This document shows positions 39,178-53,029 of a stretch of 64,000 nt of DNA, one piece after another (the stretch's first letter is position 1; every line of letters begins with the position of its first letter). Under the pieces are notes generated by a model, which ran no database searches, was not told where the DNA came from, and worked only from the letters and a program-made list of their open reading frames with translations. A program made the position numbers and the translations under genes. The stretch is from Carcharhinus amblyrhynchos. Lineage: Eukaryota. The stretch spans positions 40,238,001 through 40,302,000 of the forward strand of contig OZ336875.1 in the NCBI GenBank assembly GCA_965287045.1. Direction: 5' to 3'.

Positions 39178-39237
39178 CTCTCTATGATCCACATTTGTAA
39201 AATCTACTCCATCTACTTCGATAATTTGATCTCCAAC
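39178..39237 (-). CDS. USH1C: Harmonin exon, about exon 10 (PDZ2)
   Basis: ccag|GTTGGA...AGAGAG|gtaat; 60 bp. Encodes VGDQIIEVDGVDFTNVDHRE. Confidence 0.96.
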
Positions 39238-39569
39238 CTGGATTTAAAATTGAGAAATATGATATATAAATGTAGCTTGACAACCTACGTTCAAACATTG
39301 TAAAATATCACTCTCTATTGAGTTATGTCCCGAACAACATACACATTCAGTCCCTCCTTATTAATCATCAGACACAATATAATGACACAAAAGACTCATA
39401 AATTACAAATGCACGAACAATTCCCAAAGGTCTTACACAAATTTGAAAGATGACAAAGTAAGAATAGGATTACTGATAGTGAAGAACAGAATACTAGGTT
39501 AGAACATAAATTGGTTTACGAGACAAAATGAACTGCAAGTGATATATTTCAGCTTTATATGTTCTAATC

Positions 39570-40550
39570 CCGGCCTATCTAGTCCTTTTGTCATAGCTAA
39601 AATCCTACGATCTTGACCATGTTCTCGCAAATGTCCTCAGCACCCTCTCCAGTGCAATCACATCTTTCTTGTAATGAATGCAGTCACCGGAGTTGGACTC
39701 AACCATGGTCTAACTAGTGCTGTATACATTACAGCATAACTTCCCTGCTTACATGCTATGCCTCAGCTAATAAAGAAAATCATGCCTTCTTTGGAAAATG
39801 TGTTTCTTTTAACCACCTTCTCAATCAGTTTTACTATCTTTAATGGTCTGTAGACACACTCTAAGGCCCTATGTTCCTTCACACTACCTAGTGTCCTTCT
39901 ATTTATGGTGTGTTCACTTGCTTTGATGCACGTCCCAAATTGCTTTTTCTCACACTCTCCAGACTAATTTCCAGTTTCCACTTTTCTGCAAAATTGACCA
40001 GGCCATCTATATTTTCCTGCTGACTAAAACTTTCCTCCTCACCAACAACTATAGCACCAATTTTTGAATTATCTGCAAACTTGTTTATTATGGCCCTATA
40101 TTTGGGTCTTAATCTTCAGTATTAAATATAAAAGTCAAGGGACCAAGTAGTGAGCACTATGGAACCCGAATGGTAACAAACTACAAGTTGCAGAAACATC
40201 TCCAAACATTACTCTTTGGATCCCAAGTTGGTTAGTGATAGGGAGCAATTTGACCCAACTATTGAATCCCAATTTTTTTGACTAGCCTGATTGCAGTGCT
40301 TTTATCAAAAGCACTACTAAAATCTATGTAGGCTTAATCCACCTCACTGCCAACACTAACCCGTCAAAATTCAATCAAATTAGTCAGACATGAAGATTTA
40401 TACTGTTCCTCAAAATTGATTCCAGTAATTTTCCCACATCTAAAGTTAAGCTAACTGATGAATAATTGCTTGGATTATTCCTTCCTTCCTTTTTAAATAA
40501 TGGAGCAATACTGAATCTTTCAATCCTCCAGTGCTATCTCTGTAACTGGG
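39570..40550 (-). mobile_element. Old degenerate CR1 RT fragment
   Basis: Reverse complements of FAD (atctgcaaac), VP.CS.LGP (ggaccaagtagtgagcactatggaac) and NY.SVSLT (gttaagctaactgatgaataatt) motifs. Confidence 0.7.
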
Positions 40551-40992
40551 GAGGTATGAAATAAATAGATTGCACATAACATTTAAAAATGTATTTTGTA
40601 TGTCATCTCTAATTGCTAGTAATATGTAAAAAATAGTGCAAGATATTCAGGTCATTTAAAACCTAACCATTATAATCCTGAATTTATAAGCTAAATCTCT
40701 CAGAGATCACATACGTTTTATTCAGGCATATAATATGAACACTGATAATTGTGCTTCTTACAGATCTATTAGTGTAAATCAGCCCAGGGCTGCAAACTGC
40801 CTATAACCAACCCAACAAAATCAATTTATTTATGTAACATAGGAATATTGTTTTATACAACAATTTATTATTTTGGTGTCCCAAATGATTTCTAACCCTA
40901 ACCCGCTGCTTCACATGTTGCCAAACTAAAAATAGTGTTAAATAACTGTAACTTATTATCAGTGAAGAGTTCCAAAGCAAGTCTCACTTTAC

Positions 40993-41077
40993 CTCTAAGC
41001 CCACCTCTGCTGATACAGAACCTGGTTTCACATTGCTGATAAAGATCCCTGGTTTTTGGGTTGGACCACTAGAAATG
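40993..41077 (-). CDS. USH1C: Harmonin exon, about exon 9 (PDZ2)
   Basis: atatag|CATTTC...TTAGAG|gtaaag; 85 bp. Encodes (S)[28 protein letters not shown]. Confidence 0.97.
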
Positions 41078-41228
41078 CTATATTAGAAGACAGAAAGAGA
41101 GAGTACTGTGTAAAAAAACAAATAAACAAAGAAATACTTTCAATAATTAATGGTAAAAGTGAAAAGTGCAACCTGTTTAAGAAATATTTACATTTTTGTT
41201 TAAAGATTTAACAAAAATGATGACTTAC

Positions 41229-41332
41229 CTGCATCCCATGCCTTTTGTGCCAACTAAGCTGATAAAGACCTTTTTTTCCTTTATTTCCTTGCTTCCCAGT
41301 GAAGCCAGGCCAGCTACACTGATCTTTCCATC
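41229..41332 (-). CDS. USH1C: Harmonin exon, about exon 8 (start of PDZ2)
   Basis: ctgtag|GATGGA...ATGCAG|gtaagt; 104 bp. Encodes DGKISVAGLASLGSKEIKEKKVFISLVGTKGMGC(S). Confidence 0.96.
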
Positions 41333-43342
41333 CTACAGAAAAATGATTTGGAACAAACTCAATAAATTTCAGACTTTGTCAAGATCTACATTCATGATAT
41401 TGGTGTAAATATGTTTTGCTAGGTATATGATGAGTACCTTATTCTCAGCAAACATTCCTTGAGAATTAATAGTCATTTCTAAACAAGACTGGAGTTTCTC
41501 TTCAATGGTGCATAGAGGGAGAGTTTGCATACAACACTATAAATGACTGCAATTTCAAATTAATTTTGAACTTTTTACTTTTAGAAAAAGCAATGTAATG
41601 CTATGACCAAATTTCACATAAGAGCATTGAGATAGTAAAGGGGAAATTAATAAAATGAAGTCACACAAGAACTAAATGAGAAATGCTACACTGTGACTGT
41701 CAGTGTCAGCTATGGTTATACAGAATGTCAACTGGCATATACAAGCTTATCCACATACAGGGGATATATTGTTACAGTCAAGTTAATTTAAACAGCACTA
41801 ATTTTTCCACTCACTACCTGTCCGTAGCCAGAAAGGTATTTTGTTCCCTCTTTGTATTTCCCAACCCCCTTGCGCTTCCTGTGATTCAATTTTCCAATAA
41901 TAACCCCAATTAAAAACAGGATGAACTTGGACGATTAGTTTCTTTGCAAAATGTGGGATGAGAGTTTGCAACATTGCCTCCATGCTCAGACAATAAAGAT
42001 AGCAAGACAGAAGAGAAGGATTTACAGTGCAGGGATCATAGAGAAAATAAATATTGGCCAAAATCTTTTGCCTGTTGGGTATTCTCATTTGGCAGGCTCA
42101 GAAGCCAGCGTGAAATGCACTTCTGACTGGGACCAGCCCCGGAATACAACTTCAAGCAGGCAGCCAATGTGAAGTGCATGCTGGGAAAGGCTCAGTGCTG
42201 CTGGGGAGGACGGGAGATTGTAGGCACTGTGAAAAGGGAAAGTGTGGGCTGGGGTTTCTAATGTGCGCCCTCAGGGAGAAGTATTCAGGGAACAGCAGAT
42301 GTGGAAAAGATAAATTGGCAGGGGAAAGCTCTGCAAAGAATGTATAGGCAGCACATTCAAATACAAACCTCAATCCCCAGAAGGCAGGCAGGCAGAGTTG
42401 CAGCTAAAACATAAAGGCATCAAGCCAGGTGTCCTGCCCACCAACTGTAAAAGTAGATGGGCCACACAAAGTTGCATTGAATTGGCTCCTTCAAGAACTG
42501 AATTGCCTGTGTTATTGATGGCAGGTGTGCTTTTGACACACAACAAAATATTGTGTGAGTGAACAATGATGACAGAATGTGGCCTGATGTCTTCTCAAGT
42601 GATTTCACACATAAGCAACATCAAATTCTGACCATTGGTTCATGCGAGTTCCTGAATCAATATCCAATGAGGTATTCTCTCATGGAAGTCTGCAGGTTAA
42701 AAACCGATGCTGTCCAGTGGTGTTAACATTACAAAATGCCAGTCTGCGATGGTACAGAACTTCCAACAGGATCAAGATAGATGGGACCGTGAGCCTAACC
42801 TGGGTTAGAGCTTATTTCTTTGTCAGATGTTAAAGCAGCAGACTGAGCTATTCAGCTCAGCAAGGAAATATTAACTTGTCCAACAAGCCATCAGCCTAGG
42901 TCACATGCCCTGTCTCTCCATTTGGTCTCAAACAAAATAGTGGGTATCCAGCATTGTAATGTTGCTGGGTTTTGAATACTGCTAAATGTTTCAGCAAATA
43001 TGAATTGAAAGAAAGGTTGTGGGGCCCCTTTGTCTGTGCAGACCATCAGTCTCTATTGGCTCAGCCTGGGTTATTGAATGCAGATGGCCTTTTTATAGCT
43101 CTCTGAAGTTGGGTTGTGCTCTGGGTGATCATTAATGGATCCTCAGGGATAATGAGGTGCAAGTTTCTCTGAAATGGCAACTTGGGTTCTTTTGTTTACT
43201 GGTAGAGATAGGTTCAGACATTTCAAAGGTCTTTGTTCAATTTTAGAATTTACAAAATAGCAACGAAGATAGCTACATATATTCTATAAAAAAATACATA
43301 GGTTAAGGTCTTAGTCCCTCACACTGTGCATAACCATTACAT

Positions 43343-43617
43343 GGGCAGCAGGGTGGCACAGTGGTTAGCACTGCTGCCTCACACATCAAGGTCACTGTGT
43401 GTGTGGAGTCTGCACGTTCTCACCGTGTCTGCGTGGGTTTCATCTGTGCTCCGGTTTCCTCCACAGTCCAAAGATGTACTGATTAAGTACATCGGTAATG
43501 CTGAATTCTCCCTCGGTATACCCGAACAGGCACCAGAGTCTGGCGACTGGGGGATTTTCACAGTAACTTCATTGCAGTGTTAATGTAAGCCCACTTGTGA
43601 CACTAATAAATAAACTT
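43343..43617 (+). mobile_element. V-SINE with second tail type and an internal deletion in the head
   Basis: Same tail as the 12677 copy (cttcattgcagtgttaatgtaagcc...aataaataaactt). Confidence 0.88.
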
Positions 43618-43695
43618 CAACCATTTGCTAAATCTTTTCTTTGCATTTAAGCAAGCTATCAAAGTGACCAGGAACAGCACTTTAATTTACATGAA

Positions 43696-43832
43696 GGCCG
43701 GAATTCTCTGGCCGTTCACACCCCGCTGCCACTGCCAGAGAGGACAGAAAATTTGACGCTCAGCTAAATCTCCGTTCACTGCAGTGGAACTGTTGAATCC
43801 CGACTGTGGGCGAGATTGGAGAATCCAGCCCC
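43696..43832. mobile_element. Small MITE (ggccggaattctc...gagaatccagccc)
   Basis: Imperfect TIRs. Confidence 0.55.
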
Positions 43833-45600
43833 AAAATATTTAACATAATTGAGAACAAAATGAGAATTTATGTAACATTTTGCATATTAAAACTGTATCA
43901 CAATCTAAAGCCTGGTCACTCACAGAATGAGTGCAGTACACTCACAGATTAACTTAAATAACAATTTACAATCCATGATTTTAGTTGCATTTTAAATAGG
44001 AGGCAATCAACACACTAACATTAGAGATCATTTCTATAAATGGTCTGGGCTGTATGTTCCTCTGAATTGTGACACTGTTTTAAGATTTGCAAAATGCCTC
44101 ACAGTGTCTCATTCTCCTCCATGGTGCTTTAAAACTGCGAATCAAACAAACTGGTTGGAAGTATTTTCTATCATATTTCCTCTTTTGTTAGCATTTAGAC
44201 ACTGCTGTCATCATCTTCAAAACTAAGTCAAATTTATCTTTCCAACCTGTTTCCTGTCACCTCTCCAAGTGCTTCTACAAATATCTAGTATCAATGTTTT
44301 CTTCCTATCTGTATACTTTCCTACATTTTGGCAAAGACTACACTTCCAAAATTATTTCATTAGTTGCAGAAAGGGGACATCCTGAGGTCATGAAAGGCAT
44401 TATGTAAATGCAAGTCTTTGTATGACATTGTAAGTACTAATAAAATGAAAGTTTGGGTTGATGCTGTTGCTCTCCAGAAAAATAAAGAATGATGATAGAG
44501 GAGTATAACAAGCAATCAGTTCAATGTGTCATTGGAAGTGGGGCGGCACCCAGAATGCCTGCTTCCGCTAGACCATTTTACAGCTTAACCTAATAAAAAT
44601 AGATGTCTGTACAGCTTTATTAATTGCAAAATCCTTTCACTTTGTAACTCTTAGGGTTATATATCGAATTAACAGATTATATGTTATTATGGCGATAGTT
44701 ATGGGGGATTTTAATCTGCATATTGATTGGTTGACCCAAGTCGGACATGGTGGGCTTGAGGAAGAGTTCTTCGAATGCTGTCGGGATAGCTTCCTCGAAC
44801 AGTATGTGACGGAACCTACGAGGGAGCGAGCTATCTTAGATCTGGTGTTGTGCAACGAGGCAGGTAGAATTAGGGACCTTATTGTGAGGGATCCTCTTGG
44901 GACGAGTGATCATTGTGTAGTTGAGTTTTTGATGCAGATGGAGGATGAGAAAGTAGGGTCCCGAACCTGTGTCCTCTGTTTGAACAGAGGGGGGTACGAT
45001 AGGATGAGGGAGGAATTGGCAAATGTAGATTGGGGGCACAGATTGGTCGGTAGGACGGCTGAGGAACAGTGGAGGATTATTAAGGAGATCTTTATCGGTG
45101 CTCATCAGAAGTATATTCCGCTGGTAAAGAAGGAATGTAGGAGAAGGGATAACCAGCCGTGGTTATCTAAGGAAATAAAGGAGAGTATTAAATTAAAAGC
45201 TGATGCGTTCAGAGTGGCTAAAGGTAGTGGGCGATTGGAAGATTGGGAAAAATTTAAAAATCAACAAAGAATGACTAAGAAGGTGATAAAGAAAGGAAAG
45301 ATAGACTATGAAGCTAAACTAGCACTAAATATAAAAAAGCACAGTAAAAATTTTTACAAATATGTAAAGAAGAGAAGGCTGGCTAGAGTGAATGTTGGAC
45401 CCTTAGAGGATGAGAGGGGGGATTTAGGGGTGGGAGATGAGGAAATGGCTGAGGCTTTAAATAAGTTTTTTGCCTCGGTCTTCACAGAGGAGGACACGAA
45501 TAATTTGCCAGATCTTAAAGATAGAAGGATGGTAGGAGTTGAGGGCCTGAATGCGATTACTGTCACTAGAGAGGTAGTGCTTGATAGACTAATGGGACTG

Positions 45601-48185
45601 AACATAAGAACATAAGAAATAGGAGCAGGAGTAGGCCAACTAGCCCTTCGAGCCTGCCCCGCCATTCAATAAGATCATGGCTGATCTGTCGTGGCTCAGT
45701 TCCACATTCCCGCCCTCTCCCCATAACCCTTAATCCCCTCTCTTATCAAAAACCCATCAACCAGCTTCTTAAAAATATTTAGCGAGGTAGCCTCCACCAC
45801 TTCAACGGGCAGAGAATTCCAGAGATTCACCACCCTTTGAGTGAAGAAGTTCCTCCTCAACTCTGTTCTAAACCGCCTCCCCTTTATCTTGAGGCTGTGC
45901 CCCCTAGTCCTGCTATCCTTTCTGAGTGGTAAGAGTCTCTCCACCTCTATCCTATCCATCCCATTCATCATCTTATACGTCTCAATGAGACCTCCCCTCA
46001 TTCTTCTAAACTCTAATGAGTACAAGCCTAATTTATTCAGCCTCTCCTCATAGCTCAACCCCCTCAACTCCGGCATCAGCCTAGTAAACCTCCTCTGCAC
46101 TCCCTCCAAGGCCAAAATGTCCTTGCGTAAGTACGGCGCCCAAAACTGCACACAGTACTCCAGCTGCGGCCTCACCAATGCCCTATACAGCCGCAGCAAG
46201 ACCTCCCTACTTCTATATTCAACCCCCTCGCGATGAAGGCCAGCATCCCATTCGCCTTCCTGACCACCTGCTGCACCTGCAAGCTGGGTTTTTGCGACTC
46301 ATGCACAAGGACCCCGAGGTCCCTCTGCACCGTCGCCTGCTGCAGTTTTTCTCCACGTAAGTAATAATCCTTCCTACCATTATTCCTACCAAAGTGGACC
46401 ACCTCGCACTTGCCAACATTAAATTCCATTTGCCATTTCCTGGCCCATTCGCCCAGCCTATCTAGATCCTTCTGTAGACTCTCCCCACCCTCCGCACAAT
46501 TTGCCTTTCCACCAATTTTGGTGTCATCAGCAAATTTCGACACCCTACACTCGGTTCCCTCCTCCAGATCATCTATATAAATGGTAAATAGCTGAGGCCC
46601 CAGCACCGACCCCTGGGGCACTCCACTAGTCACCATCCGCCAATCCGAATAGCACCAATTGACCCCCACTCTCTGCCTCCTATTTGACAACCAGTCCTCT
46701 ATCCACGCTAACACCCTACCCCCAACTCCATGCCCCCTGACCTTCTGCAATAACCTCTTGTGAGGTACCTTGTCAAACGCCTTCTGAAAATCAAGAAAGA
46801 CCACATCCACCGGCTCTCCTCTATCCACTGCCCTAGACACATCCTCATAGAACTCCAGTAAATTTGTCAGACATGACTTCCCTTTAACGAAACCGTGCTG
46901 CGTCTGCTCTATCAAGCAGTTCCCCTCAAGATGCCTCGCTATTTCCTCCTTGATGACAGATTCTAACATTTTACCTACCACAGACGTTAAACTAACAGGC
47001 CTATAATTCCCCGCCTTTTGCCTGGCACCCTTCTTAAACAATGGCGTAACATAAGCCATTTTCCAATCTTCCGGCACTTCCCCGGAATCCAGTGACGTCT
47101 GGAAAATAACCACCAAGGCATCCACTATCACCTCCGCCATTTCTTTCAGGACCCTCGGATGCATTCCATCCGGTCCTGGGGACTTGTCCACAATCAGCCC
47201 CTCCAGTCTGTCGAGCACCACCTCTCTAGTAACAGTAATGTCATCGAGACCCTCCAGTCCTACCACCTTTCCATCTCTAACATCCGGCAAATTATTCACG
47301 TCCTCCTCCGTGAAGACCGAAACAAAAAAGTTATTCAAGACCTTAGCCATATCCCCATCCCCTACCACTAAGGCCCCCTTCTCATCCTCTAAGGGACCAA
47401 TGTTCACCCTAGCCAGCCTCTTCCTTTTTATATATTTATAAAAACTCTTGCTATCCTTTTTTATATTAAGCGCTAGCCCAGCTTCATAGTTTCTCCTACC
47501 CTTCTTTATCAACTTCTTTGTCAATCTTTGTTGACATTTAAACCTCTCCCAATCCTCTTCTCGCCCACTACTCTTAGCTACACTAAACACCTCCGCTTTT
47601 AATTTAACACTTTCCTTCACCTCCTTCGTTATCCACGGCTTATTAGCTCTCCTCCTACGGTCCTTTTTGACCATCGGAATAAATTTCTGCTGAGCACCAA
47701 GAAAGATCTCCTTAAAGATCCTCCACTGCTCCTCAGCAGACCTACCTTCCAACGCGCTCCCCCAGTCCACATTCGCCAATTCTTGTCTCATCCTACCGTA
47801 CTCCCCTCTGTTCAAACAAAGGACGCGTGTCCGGGAACCCACTTTCTCCTCCTCCATCTGCACCAGAAACTCCACCATACAATGATCACTCTCCCCAAGA
47901 GGATCCTTCACCGCAAGTTCCCTAATTCTACCCGCCTCATTACATAGCACCAGATCCAAGATAGCTCTCTCCCTCGTCGGCTCCAACACACACTGTTCCA
48001 GGAAACTATCCTGGCAGCATTCCAAGAACTCCTCCTCGAGCCCACCGCGTCCAACATGGGTTGACCAATCAATATGCAGATTGAAATCCCCCATAACTAC
48101 GGCCGTCCCATTCCTGCATGCCGCACTTATTTGCATGTTAACAGCCCGCCCCACCTCCAGATCATTATTCGGGGGCCTATAGACG
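45601..48185 (-). mobile_element. Young 5'-truncated CR1 nested antisense in the host CR1
   Basis: 660-aa ORF (46172-48154) plus ORF 45696-46199; its own tail aacataagaacataagaa at 45601; starts at the VYRPPN motif of APE. Confidence 0.95.
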
Positions 48186-49304
48186 ACAAGTCCCCAGGAC
48201 TAAGTAGAATGCATCCCAGGGTTCTGAAAGAAATGGCAGAGGTGATAGTGGATGCCTTAGTAATTATTTACCAAAATTCGCTGGATTCCGGAAGATTGGA
48301 AAACAGCTAATGTTACACTGCTGTTTAAAAAAGGTAGCAGTCAAAAGGCAGGGAATTATAGGCCGGTTAGTTAACGTCTGTAGTTGGAGAAATGCTTGAA
48401 TCCGTCATCAAAGAAGAAACAGCGAGGCACCTAGAAAAGAATGGTTTGATCGAGCAGACGCAGCACAGATTCGTTAAGGGGAAGTCGTGTTTGACGAAGT
48501 TATTGGATTTCTATGAGGATGTGACTAGTGCGGTAGACAGAGGGGAACTGGTGGATGTGGTGTTTTTAGATTTCCAAAAGGCATTTGATAAGGTGCCTCA
48601 TAAAAGGTTGCTACAGAAGGTTAGGGTGCACGGAGTTGGGGGTAAGGTGTTAGCGTGGATAGAGGATTGGTTGTCTAATAGGAAGCAGAGAGTTGGTATC
48701 AATGGGTGCTATTCTGATTGGTGGTTGGTGACTAGTGGAGTGCCGCAGGGATCGGTGCTGGGGCCTCAGCTATTTACCATTTATATAGATAATCTGGAGG
48801 AGGCTGAGTGTAGGGTGACAAAATTTGCTGATGACACAAAGATGAGTGGAAAAGCAAATTGCGTGGAGGGTGTGGAAAGTCTGCAGAGAGATCTGGATAG
48901 GCTGAGCGAGTGGGCGAGGACCTGGCAGATGGAGTATAATGTTAGCAAGTGTGAGGTTATCCACTTTGGCAGAAATAATAGTAAGAGGGATTACTATTTA
49001 AAGGGCGAAAAGCTGCAGCATGCTACGGTGCAGAGGGACCTGGGGGTCCTTGTGCACAAGTCACAAAAACCCAGTCTGCAAGTGCAGCACGTGATCAAGA
49101 AGGCGAATGGAATGCTGGCCTTTATAGCGAGGGGGATAGAATATAAAAGCGTGGAGGTCTTGCTGCAACTGTACAGGGTACTGGTGAGGCCACAGCTGGA
49201 GTACTGTGTGCAGTTTTGGTCGCCGCACTTGCGCAAGGATATATTGGCCTTGGAGGGAGTGTAGAGGAGATTCACTAGGCTGATACCAGAGGGGGTTGGA
49301 CTAT

Positions 49305-50130
49305 AAGAACATAAGAACATAAGAAATAGGAGCAGGAGTAGGCCATCTAGCCCTTCGAGCCTGCCCCGCCATTCAATAAGATCATGGCTGATCTGTCGTG
49401 GCTCAGTTCCACTTTCCCGCCCTCTCCCCATAACCCTTAATCCCCTCTCTTATCAAGAACCCATCAACCAGCTTCTTAAAAAATATTTAGCGAGGCAGCC
49501 TCCACCACTTCAACGGGCAGAGAATTCCAGAGATTCACCACCCTTTGAGTGAAGAAGTTCCTCCTCAACTCCGTTCTAAACCACCTCCCCTTTATCTTGA
49601 GGCTGTGCCCCCTAGTCCTACTGTCTTTTTTGAGCGGGAAGAGTCTCTCCACCTCTATCCTATCCATCCCATTCATCATCTTATACGTCTCAATGAGATC
49701 TCCCCTCATTCTTCTAAACTCTAACGAGTACAAGCCTAGTTTATTCAGACTCTCCTCATAGCTCAATCCCCTCAACTCCGGCATCAGCCTAGTAAACCTC
49801 CTCTGCACTCCCTCCAAGGCCAAAATATCCTTGCGCAGGTGCGGCGCCCAAAACTGCACACACTACTCCAGCTGCGGCCTCACCAATGCCCTATACAGCT
49901 GCAGCAAGACCTCCCTACTTTTATATTCAATCCCCCTCGCTATGAAGGCCAGCATCCCATTCGCCTTCCTGACCACCTGCTGCACCTGCAAGCTGGGTTT
50001 TTGCGACTCATGCACAAGGACCCCGAGGTCCCTCTGCACCGTCGCCTGCTGCAGTTTTTCGCCACGTAAGTAATAGTCCTTCCTACCATTCTTCCTACCA
50101 AAGTGGACCACCTCACACTTGCCAACATTA
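49305..50130 (-). mobile_element. Second young CR1 3' fragment nested antisense in the same host
   Basis: Near-identical to 45601-46420; direct repeat actat at 49300-49304 and 50131-50135. Confidence 0.95.
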
Positions 50131-50954
50131 ACTATGAAGAGAGACTAAACAGACTGGGTCTGTACTTGTTGGAGTTTAGAAGGATGAGGGGGGATCTTAT
50201 AGAGACGTATAAGATAATGAAAGGGATGGATAGGGTAGAGGTAGAGAGATTCTTCCCGCTTAGGAAGGATAGCAGGACTAGAGGGCACAGCCTCAAGATA
50301 AGAGGGGGGGCAGTTTAGGTCAGAGTTGAGGAGGAACTTCTTCACTCAAAGGGTGGTGAATCTCTGGAATTCTCTGCCCGTTGAAGTGGTGGAAGCTACC
50401 TCACTAAATATATTTAAGTCACGGGTAGATAGGTTTTTGATAGAGAAGGGAATTAAGGGTTATGGGGAGAAAGCAGGAAAGCGGAACTGATCCACTTCAG
50501 ATCAGCCATGATCTTATTGAATGGCAGGGCAGGCTCGAAGGGCTAGATGGCCTACTCCTGCTCCTATTTCTTATGTTCTTGTGTTCTTATTATAAATCTC
50601 CTTAATATAATTTATGAATCAAGTCTTTCTTCTTAAGATCAGATGCAATGTTAATTCTTCAATCCTTTATATAATTTCAGCTTCTTCAAATAGAATGACA
50701 TTTGCCATTGAATTATTTTCAGGTACCTTTCACCAATGAAGTTACCACTGGTTCCTCCAATTTATCAGAATTTTTCTCATATATGTTAACACAACGATGA
50801 TTCTATTTTAATGGTTGCAAGTAGAAGTAATTCAGATTTAAAATAGAAACAAATTAGCAAACAGTTGTTGGAGATGGGTTTCCAAGAGGTATAAATGGTC
50901 ACAAATGAAAAGAAGGTGAACATAAATCAATTGGAAAAAAAATCAATAACCTAC

Positions 50955-51012
50955 CCCAGTGTCTGACACAAACTGGTCCACAAACTGCCATTTCAAAGAA
51001 TCCTCAGAGGAA
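50955..51012 (-). CDS. USH1C: Harmonin exon, about exon 7
   Basis: ctttag|TTCCTC...ACTGGG|gtagg; 58 bp. Encodes (S)SSEDSLKWQFVDQFVSDTG versus human SPDEPLTWQYVDQFVSESG. Confidence 0.95.
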
Positions 51013-53029
51013 CTAAAGAGACAAAAAGAATGAAATGTCACTCATATCTGGTTATCCTTATGCAATTAGTCATGGCTGTCATGTCAACTTGCCAGTGGCT
51101 AAAGGACAAGTCGCTGGTGTGCTGTCGTACCAGAGATTGAAAAGCGCAAACTATTGCCCTCTTGTCGACTTATCAGAACTGAAAGACACAGGCCACTGGT
51201 GTCTCGTCATGCATCAATGACTAAAGGAAAAGCTAGAAAATCAGACTGGTAAGATCGCAAACTACTTCATTCTAAAAAAAAATCACTGTTTCAGATTTCC
51301 ACATTTTTTAAATGTATACCCAGTGCAAATGGCATTTCTTAGCAATTAATCTATAAGTGGTTAGTTTTTTATCAACCTGAAGCAAGTATACATTAATTAT
51401 GATTTATTTGTGGAAGACACGAAGGGTGGTAAATACCACTGGGTAGTGAAACTATCTAGAAAAAATGAAAGCAGTAAACACAACATCAAGAAACATTTTG
51501 AAGGACAAAATGTCAGATTTCAGATTATAAATAGCATAACCAAAATTTTATAGGATCAGCAAAATCCGTAGGAGTGGCTGGTTGCCAGCCAGCAGCACAC
51601 TGAGCTGGCTGTGCACAGCTTTGCAAGGTCGGGTCACTTGAATAATTAATACAAGAACCCAGCCCAAGTAATGTCTTAGAGGGACAGCTGCAAGTCTAGA
51701 ATTTAGCCACAAGTGACCACTTAAAAGATAAGAGGTTGCTCAAGAAGACGAAAGGTGTTTTAGCAGTCCTAATGTTTACATGCAGATTTGAAATATTTTT
51801 CAACCTTTGCAAAGGCTGTGAGGCAAGAAGCACTAGTTGAAAAGTAACTCAAGGAAATGCAATAGAGGCAAATATCAGAGCCTGGGAGCAAGTGATGAAG
51901 TGCTCTTGTCCCATCAGATAAAATTGAGATTCTGATCAACTAGCTGGGGTTGGATTTTACATTCCCCCCAGGTGTGAGTTGGAAGGCAAAATGTCAATTT
52001 GACCAGCAGCAGGGAGATGATCAGTATGCCTGCCTGCCTGTGAGCCAAATGAAGCCTAGCAATTAATAGCTATTTAAAGGTCCATCTTGCCACTGCTGCA
52101 ATTTAACCTGCAGCAGGACAGGCCCATAAAAAGCGACAGCCCACAGTTTGCACTTCGTGGACTAGTGGTGGGATGGTACCTCTTTTTCAGGCACCCAAGT
52201 TCAATGAAATGCGCACCCTAAGATCTCCATACTCCCTCCCATTGCATTTAGTCTCCCACCTACTCCATTCATCCCGACTCACCAACCCTTTCACCAGGGC
52301 TAAGACAGCCATAGCCTTACTTAATTTTATCTCTGGCTATATGGTTTTTTTGCCAATGGGGACTGGATGCAGTCTCAGCAATGTTAACCACTCCAAGTAG
52401 CACTGCTGTGACCAGAAAATTGCTGGTCGTTTGCCGACATATGGCTGACATACTCCCCAGATGGGGGTGGATGTCCCACCTTAAATCACGTGCGGTCTAG
52501 TAACTTTCAAATTACAGGAAAGTGAGTTGCGGAGTGAGAGCAGGCCTATCCCTGACTTGTTCACTGAGGAGTTGGGGAAGTGGCAGACAGACATTGGCAG
52601 AAAAGTGGAGAGGTCTGGGAAGCCAGGGCTTGGTGGGGTTGGCTCAATCATCGGGGGAAGGGTTTGACATTGACAGGTCGAACATCGGGGTGAGGGGGGG
52701 TAGGTGGGCTGGGAGGGCAGACATCCTGGAGAGGTGGCGTTAAGTGGGTGGGGAGGGGTAAAGAAGGAGGCAGGCTGTTAAGTGTACCCCATGATTTTGA
52801 GGGCAATGCTTTCCTGAGGATGTCATATACACATGTGAGCTAAAAGGTGAACCTGGACTCAATGAACTGTACCATATATGGTTGGCACTGGAAATGCTTC
52901 TCATATTTCGGAACTCCATCACTTGGAACATATTCTGCACCTTTAGTCAAATATCAAATTGGTCACTGATAGCAATCATGCTGCAGAGTGGGATGATTCT
53001 ATTCCAAAATGTGACTATGTAATGTAGGT

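Larger units (their letters stand above)
44689..50590 (+). mobile_element. 5'-truncated host CR1 in three pieces (44689-45600, about 48184-49304, 50131-50590)
   Basis: The protein continues across the interruptions (..VLDRLMGL | DKSPG.. and ..GLD | YEERLNRLGL..); TTCTTATG tail at 50568-50590. Confidence 0.93.
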
